Shown here in pieces: positions 63,879 through 64,000 of a stretch of DNA of 64,000 nucleotides. The position numbers were made by a program, and so were the translations under genes. The stretch comes from an uncultured delta proteobacterium (GTDB lineage: Bacteria; Desulfobacterota; Binatia; Binatales; Binataceae): assembly GCA_963783145.1 (NCBI GenBank), contig CAWAMM010000009.1:182381-246380 (forward strand), written 5' to 3'. Under the pieces are notes generated by a model. That model worked only from the letters and a program-made list of their open reading frames with translations, was not told where the DNA came from and ran no database searches. Numbering within the stretch: position 1 is the stretch's first letter; each line of letters opens with the position of its first letter.

Positions 63879-64000
63879 GGCGTCGCAACCGATCGTTAAT
63901 CATTTCGTAATCTGATTTTCTTAGGGTTGGCGGCTCGACCCGGTAGCATCAATACGGGACGAATCTGTCCATCGTTCAGCCAAATCTCTGGTGGGGAAAT

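Noticed and set aside
1-64000. Search for tRNA, rRNA, tmRNA, CRISPR arrays, integrase genes and long direct repeats
   Set aside because: I recognised none by eye in any intergenic region. Without covariance-model or repeat-finding tools, small ncRNAs cannot be excluded.

Overview
GC-rich bacterial chromosomal segment. I saw no rRNA, tRNA or CRISPR array. All calls rest on reading the supplied translations and the raw sequence; no database search was possible, so family names are from memory.

Layout:
- 1-2318: partial rmuC, then folK and a DapL-type aminotransferase.
- 2880-14205: one tightly coupled respiratory operon. It holds Alternative Complex III (actA-B-C-D-F, no actE), a caa3-type oxidase (CoxB fused to cytochrome c, fused subunit I/III, subunit IV) and ctaG.
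- 14202-16656: two uncharacterised membrane proteins with overt internal repeats. One is a 3-fold repeat with haem-copper-oxidase-like motifs, the other a 2-fold repeat.
- 16660-22595: housekeeping genes dapB, gpsA, a methyltransferase, DUF1054, GFA, a Gly-rich secreted repeat protein and a serine hydrolase.
- About 22640-26990: a visibly lower-GC accessory islet. It holds a two-gene membrane pair, a frameshifted transposase relic, a P63C-like fragment, a small secreted-protein relic and an XRE/ImmA pair.
- 26992-31273: a giant secreted protein built as (HEAT repeats + unknown domain with vicinal Cys) x2. Its conserved C-terminus sits in a different frame.
- 31375-38698: treY-treZ-GH57 trehalose/glucan cluster.
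- 38706-41626: small membrane peptides, then a sulfatase/beta-propeller operon.
- 41701-42903: a family III CoA-transferase, divergent from the sulfatase operon.
- 42900-46058: an ECF sigma/anti-sigma/DUF3106 envelope cluster with divergent secreted proteins.
- 46368-51366: an amidohydrolase / F420-type LLM / CoA-transferase catabolic block.
- 51374-54922: menA, a membrane protein and an AmgK/MurU-like pair.
- 55023-58066: two tandem DUF1329 paralogs.
- 58346-60434: an orphan nuoA-nuoC-nuoD module with no nuoB.
- 60769-61466: a HigBA toxin-antitoxin cassette.
- 61521-63878: a double-domain CoA-transferase.

Most unusual items:
- the duplicated HEAT/CC-domain giant next to the XRE-ImmA switch;
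- the 3-fold-repeat HCO-like membrane protein;
- ACIII without ActE;
- nuoACD without nuoB;
- a TGAAC-N4-GTTCA palindrome shared by the ACIII/caa3 and nuo upstream regions.
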